In this document: one piece after another, positions 1 through 9,862 of the stretch
Position numbering within the stretch: position 1 is the stretch's first letter
Layout: each line of letters begins with the position of its first letter
From: a virus
IMG/VR virus record: IMGVR_UViG_3300001567_000262
Coordinates: 69,336-133,335 of that record
Direction: 5' to 3' (one strand)
DNA length: 64,000 bases
Translations under genes and position numbers: made by a program
Notes under the pieces: model-generated
What the model saw: the letters and a program-made list of their open reading frames with translations, nothing else
What the model was told of the DNA's origin: nothing
The model's database searches: none

Positions 1-22
1 AGGGAGCCATATCGGACAGGGA

Positions 23-757
23 TCAAGTTGGTTTCTTCTTTTCCTTCTCCCGTATGTCCCACCTATGAAGGGTATTGAAATACCCGGAGACGTTTTCAAT
101 CATTTGCCGGGCATCCTCCCTTGTGAATTTCTTGCCCGTTTTTTTCTCCCAGAAATCAATGGTCTCCTGGATAAAATCATTGTCCACATTCACATTAGAT
201 GCCGTCGGCACTTTTTTTGTTTTTGACACAGGCTTCGCCTGATTGGTAACAGGCGCCTTCTTCTTTTCATCCCCATTTTGAGGAACCACCACGGCATTTT
301 CGGCCGCTTCCTGCTCTTTGAGCTTTTTCATCGCCTCGCGATCCAAGTCCCTAAGGATGCATTCAGCCATGATGTCGATAACCCGCTTCTTGCGCTCTTC
401 GTAATCTTCCGTGGGCACGTAGACGATTTCCACTTTCAAATCACCCGGCCTGTATTTGTTCCTGTGGCGGTGGGGTTTGGTCGTGGCGGTTTCTGGCGAA
501 GCTTCTGATCCAGTGTCCGAGGGCCGGACATCTTGCGTCACATCGGAAACCGTGGAATCAGATGTTGAATCATCTTTTTTTTTATTTTTCGGGGCTGCGA
601 CGGTTGAGTCTGATGGCAATTTTTCAGGGATTTTTGCTTTACAGTCCGAGAGGACATCGCGAGAGTTGTTAACTGCTGATTTTTCACTAATGAAATCGGT
701 TTGGTTCGAGTCCGGCCCGGGGAGTTCTTCGAACGAGTCAAACTCTAAAACAGACAA
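23..757 (-). CDS. Hypothetical protein divergent from the serine recombinase module (low-complexity N-terminus, conserved-looking C-terminal helix IDFWEKKTGKKFTREDARQMIEN)
   Basis: 244-aa ORF with TTG start; no catalytic motif recognised. Confidence 0.5.
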   Translation of the reverse strand: MSVLEFDSFEELPGPDSNQTDFISEKSAVNNSRDVLSDCKAKIPEKLPSDSTVAAPKNKKKDDSTSDSTVSDVTQDVRPSDTGSEASPETATTKPHRHRNKYRPGDLKVEIVYVPTEDYEERKKRVIDIMAECILRDLDREAMKKLKEQEAAENAVVVPQNGDEKKKAPVTNQAKPVSKTKKVPTASNVNVDNDFIQETIDFWEKKTGKKFTREDARQMIENVSGYFNTLHRWDIREKEKKKPT

Positions 758-1210
758 TTAGGGTGGCTCGGTTGAAAACGAAAGTTTAACGCGTGCACGA
801 TTGCAAAATGCTAAAAAACCTTTTGTTAATCGGCTTCATTGCAAACTGCGTTATTGTTATTGCGCAACCGCCTTCTTTTCAAAACTCCTATTTAGCTCGC
901 TCTTGTCAGTTCGTGAATTTCTGTTTTTCAACGACCAAGCACTCTCAAACTCTAAAAATCTGAAAGAGAAAAATACCCGCTGGTTAACAGCCCGTGTTAA
1001 CAGAAACGAGACTTTCTCATCTTTCACATTAAATCAAAACAGTCCATCCTCTGAGCCAACGGGCGAAAATTATTGTTTTTCCGATTTCTTACAGAATGTG
1101 ACGAAAACATTTTACTCAAGGTTTTCTCCTGTCGCACCCAGAGGCTTATCATAATAAACGACAACGATAAAAAGCCAGAAGAGAAATCTTCCTCACAAAA
1201 ACAATATTAC

Positions 1211-2776
1211 ATGAGAACACAAGAGGAAACTGTTTCACCGTCTCTTTCTATGCCGCCCATTCGCGCGGCGATTTACGCACGCATGTCCACTGAACATCAG
1301 CAATACTCCATAGATAATCAAGTGGATGAAATCCGCAAGTATGCCTCCAATCAAAACATGGAGATAGTGCGTATCTTTAAGGATGAAGGAAAGAGCGGTC
1401 TTACTCTCAATGGTCGTCCGGCAATGAAACAGCTTATAGATATAGCGAGAAGCGGCACTGCGGATTTTAGTATAATTCTGGTTTACGATGTCAGCCGATG
1501 GGGCAGATTCCAGAATCCAGAAGAAGGGGGATACTACGAATTCATTTGTTTCAAGGCCGGAATCGGAGTAATTTATTGCGCAGAGGACTTCAAAAATGAC
1601 GGCACAATGGCTTCCGGGTTGCAAAAATTTCTTAAAAGATACATAGCAGGCAATCAAAGCGACATACTTTCAATGAAGGTTTTTATAGGTCAATGCAGGC
1701 TGATTAACCTTGGTTACCGCCAAGGCGGCCATGCGGGTTTTGGATTGCGCCGGATGCTAATCGATCATAATGGTGCCCCGAAAGGGGTTCTCAAGTATGG
1801 TGAGATGAAAAGCATCCAGACTGACCGTGTGATTCTTATTCCTGGCCCGGACGAGGAAGTGAAACTCGTTCGCTGGATATACGAGCAATTCGTTGATCAT
1901 GGAAAACACGAACGCGATATTGCCGAGATGCTAAATGTAAAGGGAGTAATAACTGATCTTGGCCGTCCCTGGAACAACAGTACTGTTCGTCAAGTTCTCA
2001 TAAATGAGAAATACATTGGCAACAACGTATTCAACAGGGTAAGTTTCAAACTCAAAAAGATGCGTGTGAAAAATCCCAGCGACCTGTGGGTTCGCGCTGA
2101 TGGCGTTTTCGAGGCGATTGTCGATCCGGATAAATTTATCAGGGCACAGGAAATTTTCAATGAACGCACAAAAAAGTATTCCAACGATGAGATGATTGAT
2201 ATGCTCAAAGCCCTTTATAAAAAGAAGGGCTGGCTTTCCGCTATTATTATTGACGAATGCGAAGACATGCCTTCCAGTGCTGTGTACAGAAATCGTTTCG
2301 GTGGTTTAATCAGGGCATATCGACTGGTGGGATATGTTCCCGACGCTGATTACTCCTATCTTGAGATCAACGCTCGTATAAGAGAGATGTATCCACAGAT
2401 CGTAGAAGAAGTGATCGCTAAACTTCAGGAGCAAGGTGGAACCATTGAGTACGCTGAGGAAACCGGTCTGATCAAAGTGAACGGCGAATTCACCGCACTT
2501 GTAATAATTTCCCGTTGCCATTTCACAGGCGCCGGGGCTTTGCGATGGAACATACGATTGAATCCGACCCTGACCCCGGACGTCACTATTGCGGTACGGC
2601 TTGATTACTTGAACAAGGCGCCCCTCGATTATTATCTCCTTCCCTCACTTGATATCACGGTGGATAAACTCAGACTGGCCGAACAGAACGGCATATATCT
2701 TGATGTGTACAGGTTTGAAAATCTGGATTTCTTTTACAGCCTGGCTCGCCGTGTGAAGATCGGAGTTGCGATATGA
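1211..2776 (+). CDS. Large serine recombinase (resolvase N-terminal + recombinase domain)
   Basis: AAIYARMSTEHQ catalytic Ser motif, DEGKSG, VYDVSRWGR; start probably ATG 1211 or 1250 rather than 1073. Confidence 0.9.
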   Translation: MRTQEETVSPSLSMPPIRAAIYARMSTEHQQYSIDNQVDEIRKYASNQNMEIVRIFKDEGKSGLTLNGRPAMKQLIDIARSGTADFSIILVYDVSRWGRFQNPEEGGYYEFICFKAGIGVIYCAEDFKNDGTMASGLQKFLKRYIAGNQSDILSMKVFIGQCRLINLGYRQGGHAGFGLRRMLIDHNGAPKGVLKYGEMKSIQTDRVILIPGPDEEVKLVRWIYEQFVDHGKHERDIAEMLNVKGVITDLGRPWNNSTVRQVLINEKYIGNNVFNRVSFKLKKMRVKNPSDLWVRADGVFEAIVDPDKFIRAQEIFNERTKKYSNDEMIDMLKALYKKKGWLSAIIIDECEDMPSSAVYRNRFGGLIRAYRLVGYVPDADYSYLEINARIREMYPQIVEEVIAKLQEQGGTIEYAEETGLIKVNGEFTALVIISRCHFTGAGALRWNIRLNPTLTPDVTIAVRLDYLNKAPLDYYLLPSLDITVDKLRLAEQNGIYLDVYRFENLDFFYSLARRVKIGVAI

Positions 2777-3657
2777 GCAAACAGTTGAAAGTACAGATGA
2801 TCCCCATCAATAAGATCAACATCCTGAGTCCGCGAGTTCGTAACAGGAAGAAGTTCCTTGAGATTATCAACAATATCTCAATCATCGGGTTGAAACGCCC
2901 GATCACCATCAGTCGCCGGATCGAAAACAAAGATGACGACATGTATGATCTCTGTTTTGGCCAGGGCCGGATTGAGGCCTATATTGCCCTGGAACAAGAT
3001 CTAATTCCCGCGATTGTCATCGAGGTTCCCCGAAAACAGCGGCTTACCATGAGCCTCGTTGAAAACCTCGCGCGGCGCAACCCGCAGATGATTGAATTGT
3101 ACAAACACATTGGTTTCTTGAGAGACGAGAGAAAACACTCAAACGCTGAGATCGCGCGGAAGATTGATATGGACCCCTCGCTGGTCGGCGGGATATTACG
3201 ATTGCTGGATCATGGCGAGGAACGGCTTCTCATGGCAGTGGACAAAGGTATCATCCCAATCAGTATCGCCATGGACATCGCTGGACTTTCCGATGCGGAT
3301 GCGCAGAAAGCCCTGACGGAAGCATATGAGAAGGGTTTGCTGAAAGGCCAGTCAATTATCAAAGCGCGAAACATAATCAAACAACGGGAGACCATCGGGA
3401 GAGACCAGAGAGGCCCGCGGAGAAAACCGAAAAAAGGCCCAACGGCTGATTCCGTCGTTCGCGCATACAAAAAGGAAGTGAAGCGACAGAAACAGATGGT
3501 GAAAAAAGCAAAGCTGTGTGAAATGAAATTGTATTTTGTTGTCAACGCGATGAAACAACTCCAGCAGGATGAGAAATTCGTCAGCCTTCTTCGGGCGGAA
3601 CATATTGACACTTTTCCGCAAAACCTGGATGACCTTGCCAGAGGATCGGCTGTATGA
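2773..3657 (+). CDS. ParB/Srx N-terminal domain protein (RepB-like partition protein)
   Basis: GLKRPITI...GQGRIEAY ParB motif, SLVENLARR, following HTH; ATGA overlap with the recombinase. Confidence 0.8.
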   Translation: MSKQLKVQMIPINKINILSPRVRNRKKFLEIINNISIIGLKRPITISRRIENKDDDMYDLCFGQGRIEAYIALEQDLIPAIVIEVPRKQRLTMSLVENLARRNPQMIELYKHIGFLRDERKHSNAEIARKIDMDPSLVGGILRLLDHGEERLLMAVDKGIIPISIAMDIAGLSDADAQKALTEAYEKGLLKGQSIIKARNIIKQRETIGRDQRGPRRKPKKGPTADSVVRAYKKEVKRQKQMVKKAKLCEMKLYFVVNAMKQLQQDEKFVSLLRAEHIDTFPQNLDDLARGSAV

Positions 3658-4550
3658 GCAATGACAAGGTTAAAATCGGTTTCGAGCTCAATGGGATTGA
3701 AATTCCCATTGAAAATATTCTGCCTATCAAGATCATCAGCGATTCTGTAAGGAAAAGCCTGAAATACGCCCGCATAGAAACATCCATAAAGGAAATGGGA
3801 ATAATCGATCCGCCGGTTGTCTTCCCGGAGAAAAGAGAAAAAAAGAAACCGCAACAATACCTGCTGCTCGACGGACATATCAGGGTTGAGATTCTGAAAA
3901 AGCTTGGACACAAAACAGTCTACTGCCTTGTATCAACTGAGGATGAACCTTACACGTATAATCATAAGGTCAATCGGCTCACGTCAATTCAGGAACATAC
4001 CATGCTTTTGAAGTCCATAGAGGGTGGCGTCACCGAGGAAGACCTCGCAAAAGCTCTTGATGTGAATATCGGGGTGATAAGGAAAAAGCGCGACATGCTC
4101 GACGGGATATGCCAGGAGGCCGTCGAGTTACTGAAAGACAAAGAGATTTATCCGGAATCACTGAGGCTCATGAAGAAAGTGAAGCCCATCCGCCAGATCG
4201 AGATGGCGGAATTGATGAACTCCATCCAGAATTATTCGAAGACCTACGTAAAGGCGCTGATCGTCGCCACGCGGAAAGCCTTTTTCATAGACGAAGGAAA
4301 AACGAAACAAATGATGGGAATCACTCCTGAAGCCCTGGCGCAGATGGAAAAAGAGATGGAGTCTGTCGAAAAGGATTTCAAGTTGATCGAAGAATCATTC
4401 GGGAGAAACATGATGCACTTGATGCTCGCCAACGGATATCTCGACAAGTTGCTTGAAAACGGTCGGGTCGTCCGGTTCCTCGCATCCAATTACAACGGCA
4501 TGCTTGTGGAATTACAGAAAATTATCGATACGACGTCACTTGAGACATAG
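3654..4550 (+). CDS. ParB-like / RepB C-terminal domain protein
   Basis: GIIDPPVV...LLDGHIRV ParB-like motif; ATGA overlap with upstream gene; completes the LSR-ParB-RepB trio. Confidence 0.75.
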   Translation: MSNDKVKIGFELNGIEIPIENILPIKIISDSVRKSLKYARIETSIKEMGIIDPPVVFPEKREKKKPQQYLLLDGHIRVEILKKLGHKTVYCLVSTEDEPYTYNHKVNRLTSIQEHTMLLKSIEGGVTEEDLAKALDVNIGVIRKKRDMLDGICQEAVELLKDKEIYPESLRLMKKVKPIRQIEMAELMNSIQNYSKTYVKALIVATRKAFFIDEGKTKQMMGITPEALAQMEKEMESVEKDFKLIEESFGRNMMHLMLANGYLDKLLENGRVVRFLASNYNGMLVELQKIIDTTSLET

Positions 4551-4557
4551 GAACCAT

Positions 4558-4938
4558 TTATTCGTAGGAACTGTTTTCAAGAGGTTCATCACTCGCATCT
4601 ATCACCGATGAACTGAAGTGAATTTTGAAATAGCGGCGGAATGCTTCGTAAGACCTGTCCTCGGGCCAGAACTTTTCATCTTTTACCCATGCATACAGTT
4701 CGTGTTCAAAAAGATCGGGATAGTGCAGTTTGAGCCATTCATCCAGATCGGCGTCCATCTCCGGGATCAGGTATGCTGACACCTCATCTCGGAGCACAGA
4801 CAATACTATGTCATCGCTTTCATCCGGGTTGTGTTTTGCCCATTCGAGAAAAGCATCAGTAGGTTCAAGAAATATTGAACTGCGATTGACGAACGAGAAA
4901 TAGGCGCCGCCTTGCGGTTTTTTCTTTCTGAAAAACAT
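4558..4938 (-). CDS. Conserved hypothetical protein
   Basis: 126-aa ORF with globular composition (FEHELYAW...FWPEDRSYEAFRRYF); last gene of the minus-strand run. Confidence 0.6.
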   Translation of the reverse strand: MFFRKKKPQGGAYFSFVNRSSIFLEPTDAFLEWAKHNPDESDDIVLSVLRDEVSAYLIPEMDADLDEWLKLHYPDLFEHELYAWVKDEKFWPEDRSYEAFRRYFKIHFSSSVIDASDEPLENSSYE

Positions 4939-4981
4939 TTCTCAGTCTCCGATATCAAATTTGTCATTTACCAATCTGCAT

Positions 4982-6028
4982 TCAGATCAGTTCATACCAA
5001 GTGCCGCGTCCTGTGCCGCGCCGGCGCAGGTGTCCTGATTCCACCAGCTTTCGAAGATGCACTTTGATGGTATTCCGGTTTGCACCGATGATTTTCTCGG
5101 CGGCAGCGATTGTGACTCGACCGTGCTCGCGGGCTATCTCGACAAGCTGCTCAGACAGCGGCGGCAGCGCGGCGATAAGTTTTTCCCGTTCCACCTTTTT
5201 CCGAAGCATGTTTTTCTGCGCAATCATGCACTCCAGAAAAAACTCCAGCCATTCGTGAAGTTGCGATTCATCCACATCGAGTGTGGACTGCGCCCGCCGC
5301 AGCGCTCTGTAATATCCGTCTTTGTTGTCTTCAATAACTCGTTCGAAAGAACTGTACGGCACATAAGAATAACCGGCCCGGAGCAGCAGTAACGTTGTGA
5401 GCGCGCGGGAAAGCCGCCCGTTGCCGTCCTGGAACGGATGTATCGCGAGAAAACGGACCACGAAGACAGCTATCACAAGCAGCGGGTGCTGTGCGCTGTC
5501 GTCGAGAGCTTCCCCCGCCCATTTCACAAGGGTTTCCATCAGTCGCGGCGTGTCGAAAGGCGATGCGGTCTGAAAAATCACACCCAGGCTTTTTCCATTT
5601 TCATCGAAAGCTTCCACATGGTTCGGCAGCTTTTTGTAGTTGCCCCGGTGACGTTCGTCTTTCTGGGAATGTTTCAGCAGGATGCCGTGGAACTGCTTGA
5701 TCTGGTTTTGCGTCAGCGGAATCGCCCGCCAGGAATCGAAAATCATTTCCATCAATTCCGCATACCCGGCGACCTCCTGCTCGTCGCGCGAACGGAATGA
5801 AAAAACCTGAATCCCAGCCAGAAGCCGTTCGATTTCCGCATCCGTGAGCCTGACGCCCTCTATTCTCGTTGATGATCCGATGGATTCGATAGTGGCGATC
5901 TTTTTAAGCGCCGTCAGCCGGTCGGGCGCAATATTACCCAACGCCTGCCAGCGTCCCTTGAACTCGTCGATCTCGGCAATAAGGCGCAGAATTTTCTGTG
6001 TAATTTTCAGTTTTGCCATGAAATCCAT
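4982..6028 (-). CDS. Fic family protein with internal inhibitory helix and C-terminal winged HTH
   Basis: HPFQDGNGRLSR Fic motif; SSTRIEG autoinhibitory motif; C-terminal NTIKVHLRKLVESG...GRGTWY wHTH. Confidence 0.9.
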   Translation of the reverse strand: MDFMAKLKITQKILRLIAEIDEFKGRWQALGNIAPDRLTALKKIATIESIGSSTRIEGVRLTDAEIERLLAGIQVFSFRSRDEQEVAGYAELMEMIFDSWRAIPLTQNQIKQFHGILLKHSQKDERHRGNYKKLPNHVEAFDENGKSLGVIFQTASPFDTPRLMETLVKWAGEALDDSAQHPLLVIAVFVVRFLAIHPFQDGNGRLSRALTTLLLLRAGYSYVPYSSFERVIEDNKDGYYRALRRAQSTLDVDESQLHEWLEFFLECMIAQKNMLRKKVEREKLIAALPPLSEQLVEIAREHGRVTIAAAEKIIGANRNTIKVHLRKLVESGHLRRRGTGRGTWYELI

Positions 6029-6114
6029 TTTTGCAGCACCCGCTTTATGGCCTGAATATACCCTATATATGGTAATACGTCAATGATATTGGATAATTGT
6101 GGGTGTCGGAGCGG

Positions 6115-6798
6115 TTAATCCGTCAATGGTCCGCTGTAACCGCAGACGCCGGTGCGGGGTGAATTCACGATGGGAAGGAACATATCTTCATCGCATTCAT
6201 GCTTTTCGGCGCAGGTGGCGCACAGACAGCCTTTTCCCTCATAAACACACTCGCTGCAAATCCGCACTGCCGGTTTGCCGCAGACATCGCATGGAATTAC
6301 AGGCGGTTCGTTACGGGCGAGCAGGTGGACACCTTTTCCGGGTGAGGCGCCTGCATAAGCGGAGATGACTTTCAAGACAAGCTGGGTTGTTGTACCAAAG
6401 TCGTAATCGTGAGAAAATTTCATTCCGGGTTCCAGAACTTTGCCGATGGCAACGGCCATGCTGTGGTCGCCCATGGACTTGTCAGGCTGGGAATAATACT
6501 CCATTCCATCGATCTTAAAAACACTCAAATGCCCGCAACACTCGAGCCAGATATCCCGGAGAAATCCGTCGAACGCTTTGAGCGTCGTGGAGGCTGGCAC
6601 GTCAACATGGAGCCAGTACATTGGGCCGCCGTGGGCTTCTACGAGAATGTGGTATATCTCAGACCGTGGCGCCCCCGCGCCGCCGGATTCCGCTGCGCAC
6701 TTTTCACGGACGCATTTTTCAATATGCCTGGTCATCGCGTTTTTCTCGACAACCTCGCCGCACTTTTCACATTTCCCCTGAGACGTTTTTCTTGCCAT
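6115..6798 (-). CDS. pRiA4b ORF-3-like (IS1096 passenger TnpR family) protein with zinc-finger segments
   Basis: DIWLECCGHLSVF and HDYDFGTTT motifs; CxxC pairs at both termini; ends NSPRTGVCGY. Confidence 0.75.
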   Translation of the reverse strand: MARKTSQGKCEKCGEVVEKNAMTRHIEKCVREKCAAESGGAGAPRSEIYHILVEAHGGPMYWLHVDVPASTTLKAFDGFLRDIWLECCGHLSVFKIDGMEYYSQPDKSMGDHSMAVAIGKVLEPGMKFSHDYDFGTTTQLVLKVISAYAGASPGKGVHLLARNEPPVIPCDVCGKPAVRICSECVYEGKGCLCATCAEKHECDEDMFLPIVNSPRTGVCGYSGPLTD

Positions 6799-6839
6799 GA
6801 GCGCCTCCTGATGAGAATTCTTCTTTCTCAGTTACTGAT

Positions 6840-7616
6840 TTAAAAACCCGATATTTCCCACTGTACGGTATCCAGCAATGCCAGTGAATTTTCGTATTCA
6901 ATCCTATTCAGAAATACAAATCTGGTCATGCTTTCATCTATATTGGCCGAGAACATCAGAAAACTGTGAATATGACCTGCAAAAACAAATCGCGGCTTCA
7001 TTCTGCGCACGAGCTGATACAACGGCTCACATCCGAGATTTCTCTTGATTTGGCGATCCAAAACGGAGGGATCGGGCAAAACACTATCCCTTTCAATAAA
7101 GGGAGCCAGGTTTTCGACCGAAGGCCATTCATGGAAAAAGAGCATGTCTATCTCTTTCTCCGATTCAAACGCTTTCAAATCGTTCGAGGTTAAGTGGTTG
7201 TACTTTGCCTTGCCGATCCTGTCGTAATCTTTGGGCGAGTAGTTTCCTGACACCCATCCCATTCGCATGCCGTTCTCTTCGCAAACCCCTGATCTGCCGA
7301 GGTAGTAGAGGTTTCTTATGATCTCACTTTTTCCTTCGTACTCCGACAGCCAACTGTTGTTCTCGTGATTTCCACCAATGAAGTATGTCTTTCTGGGCAC
7401 TTTCTGGTCTGTATAATACTTACAGAAGTCACCCGTCTTCCGATGCCTTGCGGGCACATGTATATTTTTCAAATCTCGTTCGTCTCTTACTGCTTGAAAA
7501 TCGCCAAGTTGAACGACCAGATCGACATTGATGCCTTTTTCCTTCTCAATAAACGACACCCGGTCAAACATACAGTCAAGGCTTCCGTGAATGTCTCCCG
7601 CGATTGCTATGATCAT
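6840..7616 (-). CDS. Calcineurin-like metallophosphoesterase resembling RNA lariat debranching enzyme Dbr1
   Basis: GDIHG, GDFQAVRDERDL..VPARHR..GDF..YY, GGNHE, YYLGRSGV, HEWP, FAGHIH follow the Dbr1 motif order; likely start ATG 7616 (ORF open from 7769). Confidence 0.8.
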   Translation of the reverse strand: MIIAIAGDIHGSLDCMFDRVSFIEKEKGINVDLVVQLGDFQAVRDERDLKNIHVPARHRKTGDFCKYYTDQKVPRKTYFIGGNHENNSWLSEYEGKSEIIRNLYYLGRSGVCEENGMRMGWVSGNYSPKDYDRIGKAKYNHLTSNDLKAFESEKEIDMLFFHEWPSVENLAPFIERDSVLPDPSVLDRQIKRNLGCEPLYQLVRRMKPRFVFAGHIHSFLMFSANIDESMTRFVFLNRIEYENSLALLDTVQWEISGF

Positions 7617-7792
7617 GTGATTTATTCCACGGCAATTATCGCATCGAGGTTGCAGTATCTGGTCTTGTAGCTTTTGCCGGCGGCAGTTGTTTCCAAAATG
7701 GAAATAACTGAATCCTTTAAATGAAAGGTTGAACCCCTGTGGCCAATAAAACAGCTTTTCCAACACCACGCATTAGTTCCCCTACACGTTCC

Positions 7793-9847
7793 TTACCCCA
7801 TGCCCATCGCCATGATGGCAGCCTTGGTGGGGCTGTCGTAGAACTGCCATTGGATGGCGGTGAGGACTGAATCGGGGACTTCCGCGAGGTCCCGCTTATT
7901 CTCGCTCGGAATGAGAATGCGTTTCGCTCCGGATTCCACGGCCAACTGCATGCGCTCAGGCATGGCATTCACCTTTAGTAGCATGCCCTGAACACTCATC
8001 TCACCGAGCACTACGGTTCTATCCTGAACCGGTTTCGCAAGAATCGCGGAAACTATCGAAACGAAAAAAGCCACCGCCGTTTCAGCGCCTTCCTTGGCTT
8101 GGTTCAGGTTGATGGCCTGGATGGAAAAATCATATCCTTTCAAATCACGGTCAATCCCCAGATTCTTTATATTCGCCTTCAGGTATGCGTCAGCGGTTTT
8201 GATGGCCTCTTTCATTTTACTGGAGAGATTTCCGAGCGGAATTATTCGCCCCGAACCAGGATTCATCTGTGCCTGTAATAAAAACAAAGCGAGCCGATTA
8301 TCACTCATGTCTGTACCTATCGTATAAACGCTGCCCGGCGCGAGATTCCCTTCAGTGATCAGAGTGCCGCCGCCCATTTCCGGGAGCGTCACAAATGTCT
8401 CCTGTCCGGTCTCCTTGTGAGTGTATGAGAAGTTTGTATCCCAATACTCGATCCCGCCCATTTTCTTAAGCTGCTCTTTTACCCGCCTGCGCATCTCCAT
8501 CGCAATTGCGATGTATTCTTCCATTTCTTCGTCCGTAACTTCACCATCCGGATGGAGCAACTTTATCAGTCCGGATACGATCTTTCTTACGGCTTTCTGG
8601 TCGCGGCCACCGAGATGATTCCCGAATCTGAAATGCCGCTCCGCATAATCTGCATAGCTGTTTTTTCTTATTTCTCGGAACACTTCGGCAATGTAGTCTG
8701 TGACGACGCCGAAATGATTAGTGTACATTTCATCGCGGGTTTTCTGGAACTCCCAGCCGGGAACATAAGAATGAATGCGGTCGTAGAAAGCCGTGTCCAT
8801 TTCTTTCGGCATGGGATAGAAAAGGTTCGATGTGCGCACAATGGTCTCAATATCCCCATCAATGTTACCCACAAAGACAATCGAACCTTCCGCGGTTATG
8901 ATGTCCTTGCCGCGGCTGAATGTGCCGTCCTCCATGTATCCTTTCATGATGTTGATGCCGCTTTTATCAGAAAAACCGATGCCCGCCGCTTCGTCGAAAG
9001 CGACAACATCCCAAAGACAAACCAAGCCCCTTTGCCCGGAAGACAAATTCACGAACATCTGGGCAGTTGTTGTCTGCCCTCCGGAAACCAAATGGCAGTA
9101 TGGACTCATCTGCTGGTACACAAAGCTTTTCCCCGTCCCGCGCGGGCCTAGTTCCACCATGTTGAAGTTTTTCTCGACAAAAGGAATCAGTCTTAACATG
9201 CAGTGCAGTTTGCGGCGTTTTGTGTAATAGGGATGGTTCGGTTCGTATCCCATCGAGCGCATCATAAGGTCCAGCCACTGGTCTCGGGTGAACTTTTTTC
9301 TTCCTTCAATGAACTTCTCAATATTCCGGCTCGAAAGTTGAATCGGCCTGATGCTTTCGACAAAAAACGGACGGTTCTGTCCTTTGAAAATAAATGTCTC
9401 GTCATATTTCAGAACGACTTCCGCCCAAATCCCACCCATCAGCAGGCGGTCATGATTCTTTATTTCGCTTTCGTCTATGTTAATATAATCGAGATTCAGA
9501 TTGGACAGATTCGCCCAGTATTTATCATGCGTTTCGACGAGCTTCACGGATATTTTATCTATGATTTCATAAGTAGTATGCTGCTTGATTGCCGACTTGA
9601 TTGCCTCTCGCTCATCGGGTTTCACATATTTGCTCGCCAGCGTCTCCCTAACGAACTCCAGCCCCTCGTTGATCGTGTCGTCATCGGTCGAGGCGCAATA
9701 TTTCCCCAACAGAAATTCAATCACGAACGCCGGGACTCCGAAAGAGCTCCGCATCCTTCGCAGAAGGTCTTTCCGAACGACGAGGCCGGGAAAAACCTCA
9801 GTCGCAAGATGGTCCAAGTCGTCCAGAACTATTGGTTGATCTGTCAT
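7793..9847 (-). CDS. brxL: BREX BrxL (MCM-like AAA+ ATPase with Lon-like C-terminal domain)
   Basis: VELGPRGTGKS Walker A, VAFDE Walker B, TAFYDRIH, Lon-like GEMSV...ILIPSENKRDL; position after pglZ. Confidence 0.92.
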   Translation of the reverse strand: MTDQPIVLDDLDHLATEVFPGLVVRKDLLRRMRSSFGVPAFVIEFLLGKYCASTDDDTINEGLEFVRETLASKYVKPDEREAIKSAIKQHTTYEIIDKISVKLVETHDKYWANLSNLNLDYINIDESEIKNHDRLLMGGIWAEVVLKYDETFIFKGQNRPFFVESIRPIQLSSRNIEKFIEGRKKFTRDQWLDLMMRSMGYEPNHPYYTKRRKLHCMLRLIPFVEKNFNMVELGPRGTGKSFVYQQMSPYCHLVSGGQTTTAQMFVNLSSGQRGLVCLWDVVAFDEAAGIGFSDKSGINIMKGYMEDGTFSRGKDIITAEGSIVFVGNIDGDIETIVRTSNLFYPMPKEMDTAFYDRIHSYVPGWEFQKTRDEMYTNHFGVVTDYIAEVFREIRKNSYADYAERHFRFGNHLGGRDQKAVRKIVSGLIKLLHPDGEVTDEEMEEYIAIAMEMRRRVKEQLKKMGGIEYWDTNFSYTHKETGQETFVTLPEMGGGTLITEGNLAPGSVYTIGTDMSDNRLALFLLQAQMNPGSGRIIPLGNLSSKMKEAIKTADAYLKANIKNLGIDRDLKGYDFSIQAINLNQAKEGAETAVAFFVSIVSAILAKPVQDRTVVLGEMSVQGMLLKVNAMPERMQLAVESGAKRILIPSENKRDLAEVPDSVLTAIQWQFYDSPTKAAIMAMGMG

Positions 9848-9862
9848 ATAATCGCCTCCCGG

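Noticed and set aside
758-1210. Intergenic region before the left recombinase (short GTTAACAG repeats, ORF 801-1154) as oriT, att site or gene
   Set aside because: The repeats are short and could be chance; the ORF has no protein-like features.
7617-7769. 51-aa Cys-containing N-terminal extension of the Dbr1-like ORF as a zinc-finger domain
   Set aside because: Family similarity begins at MIIAIAGD; the extension may be untranslated, and I could not support a fold.
7793-8300. BrxL Lon-like domain lacks the canonical Ser-Lys dyad (no GPSAG; ERMQ where Lon has EK)
   Set aside because: Degenerate Lon domains are already known in BrxL; not novel.
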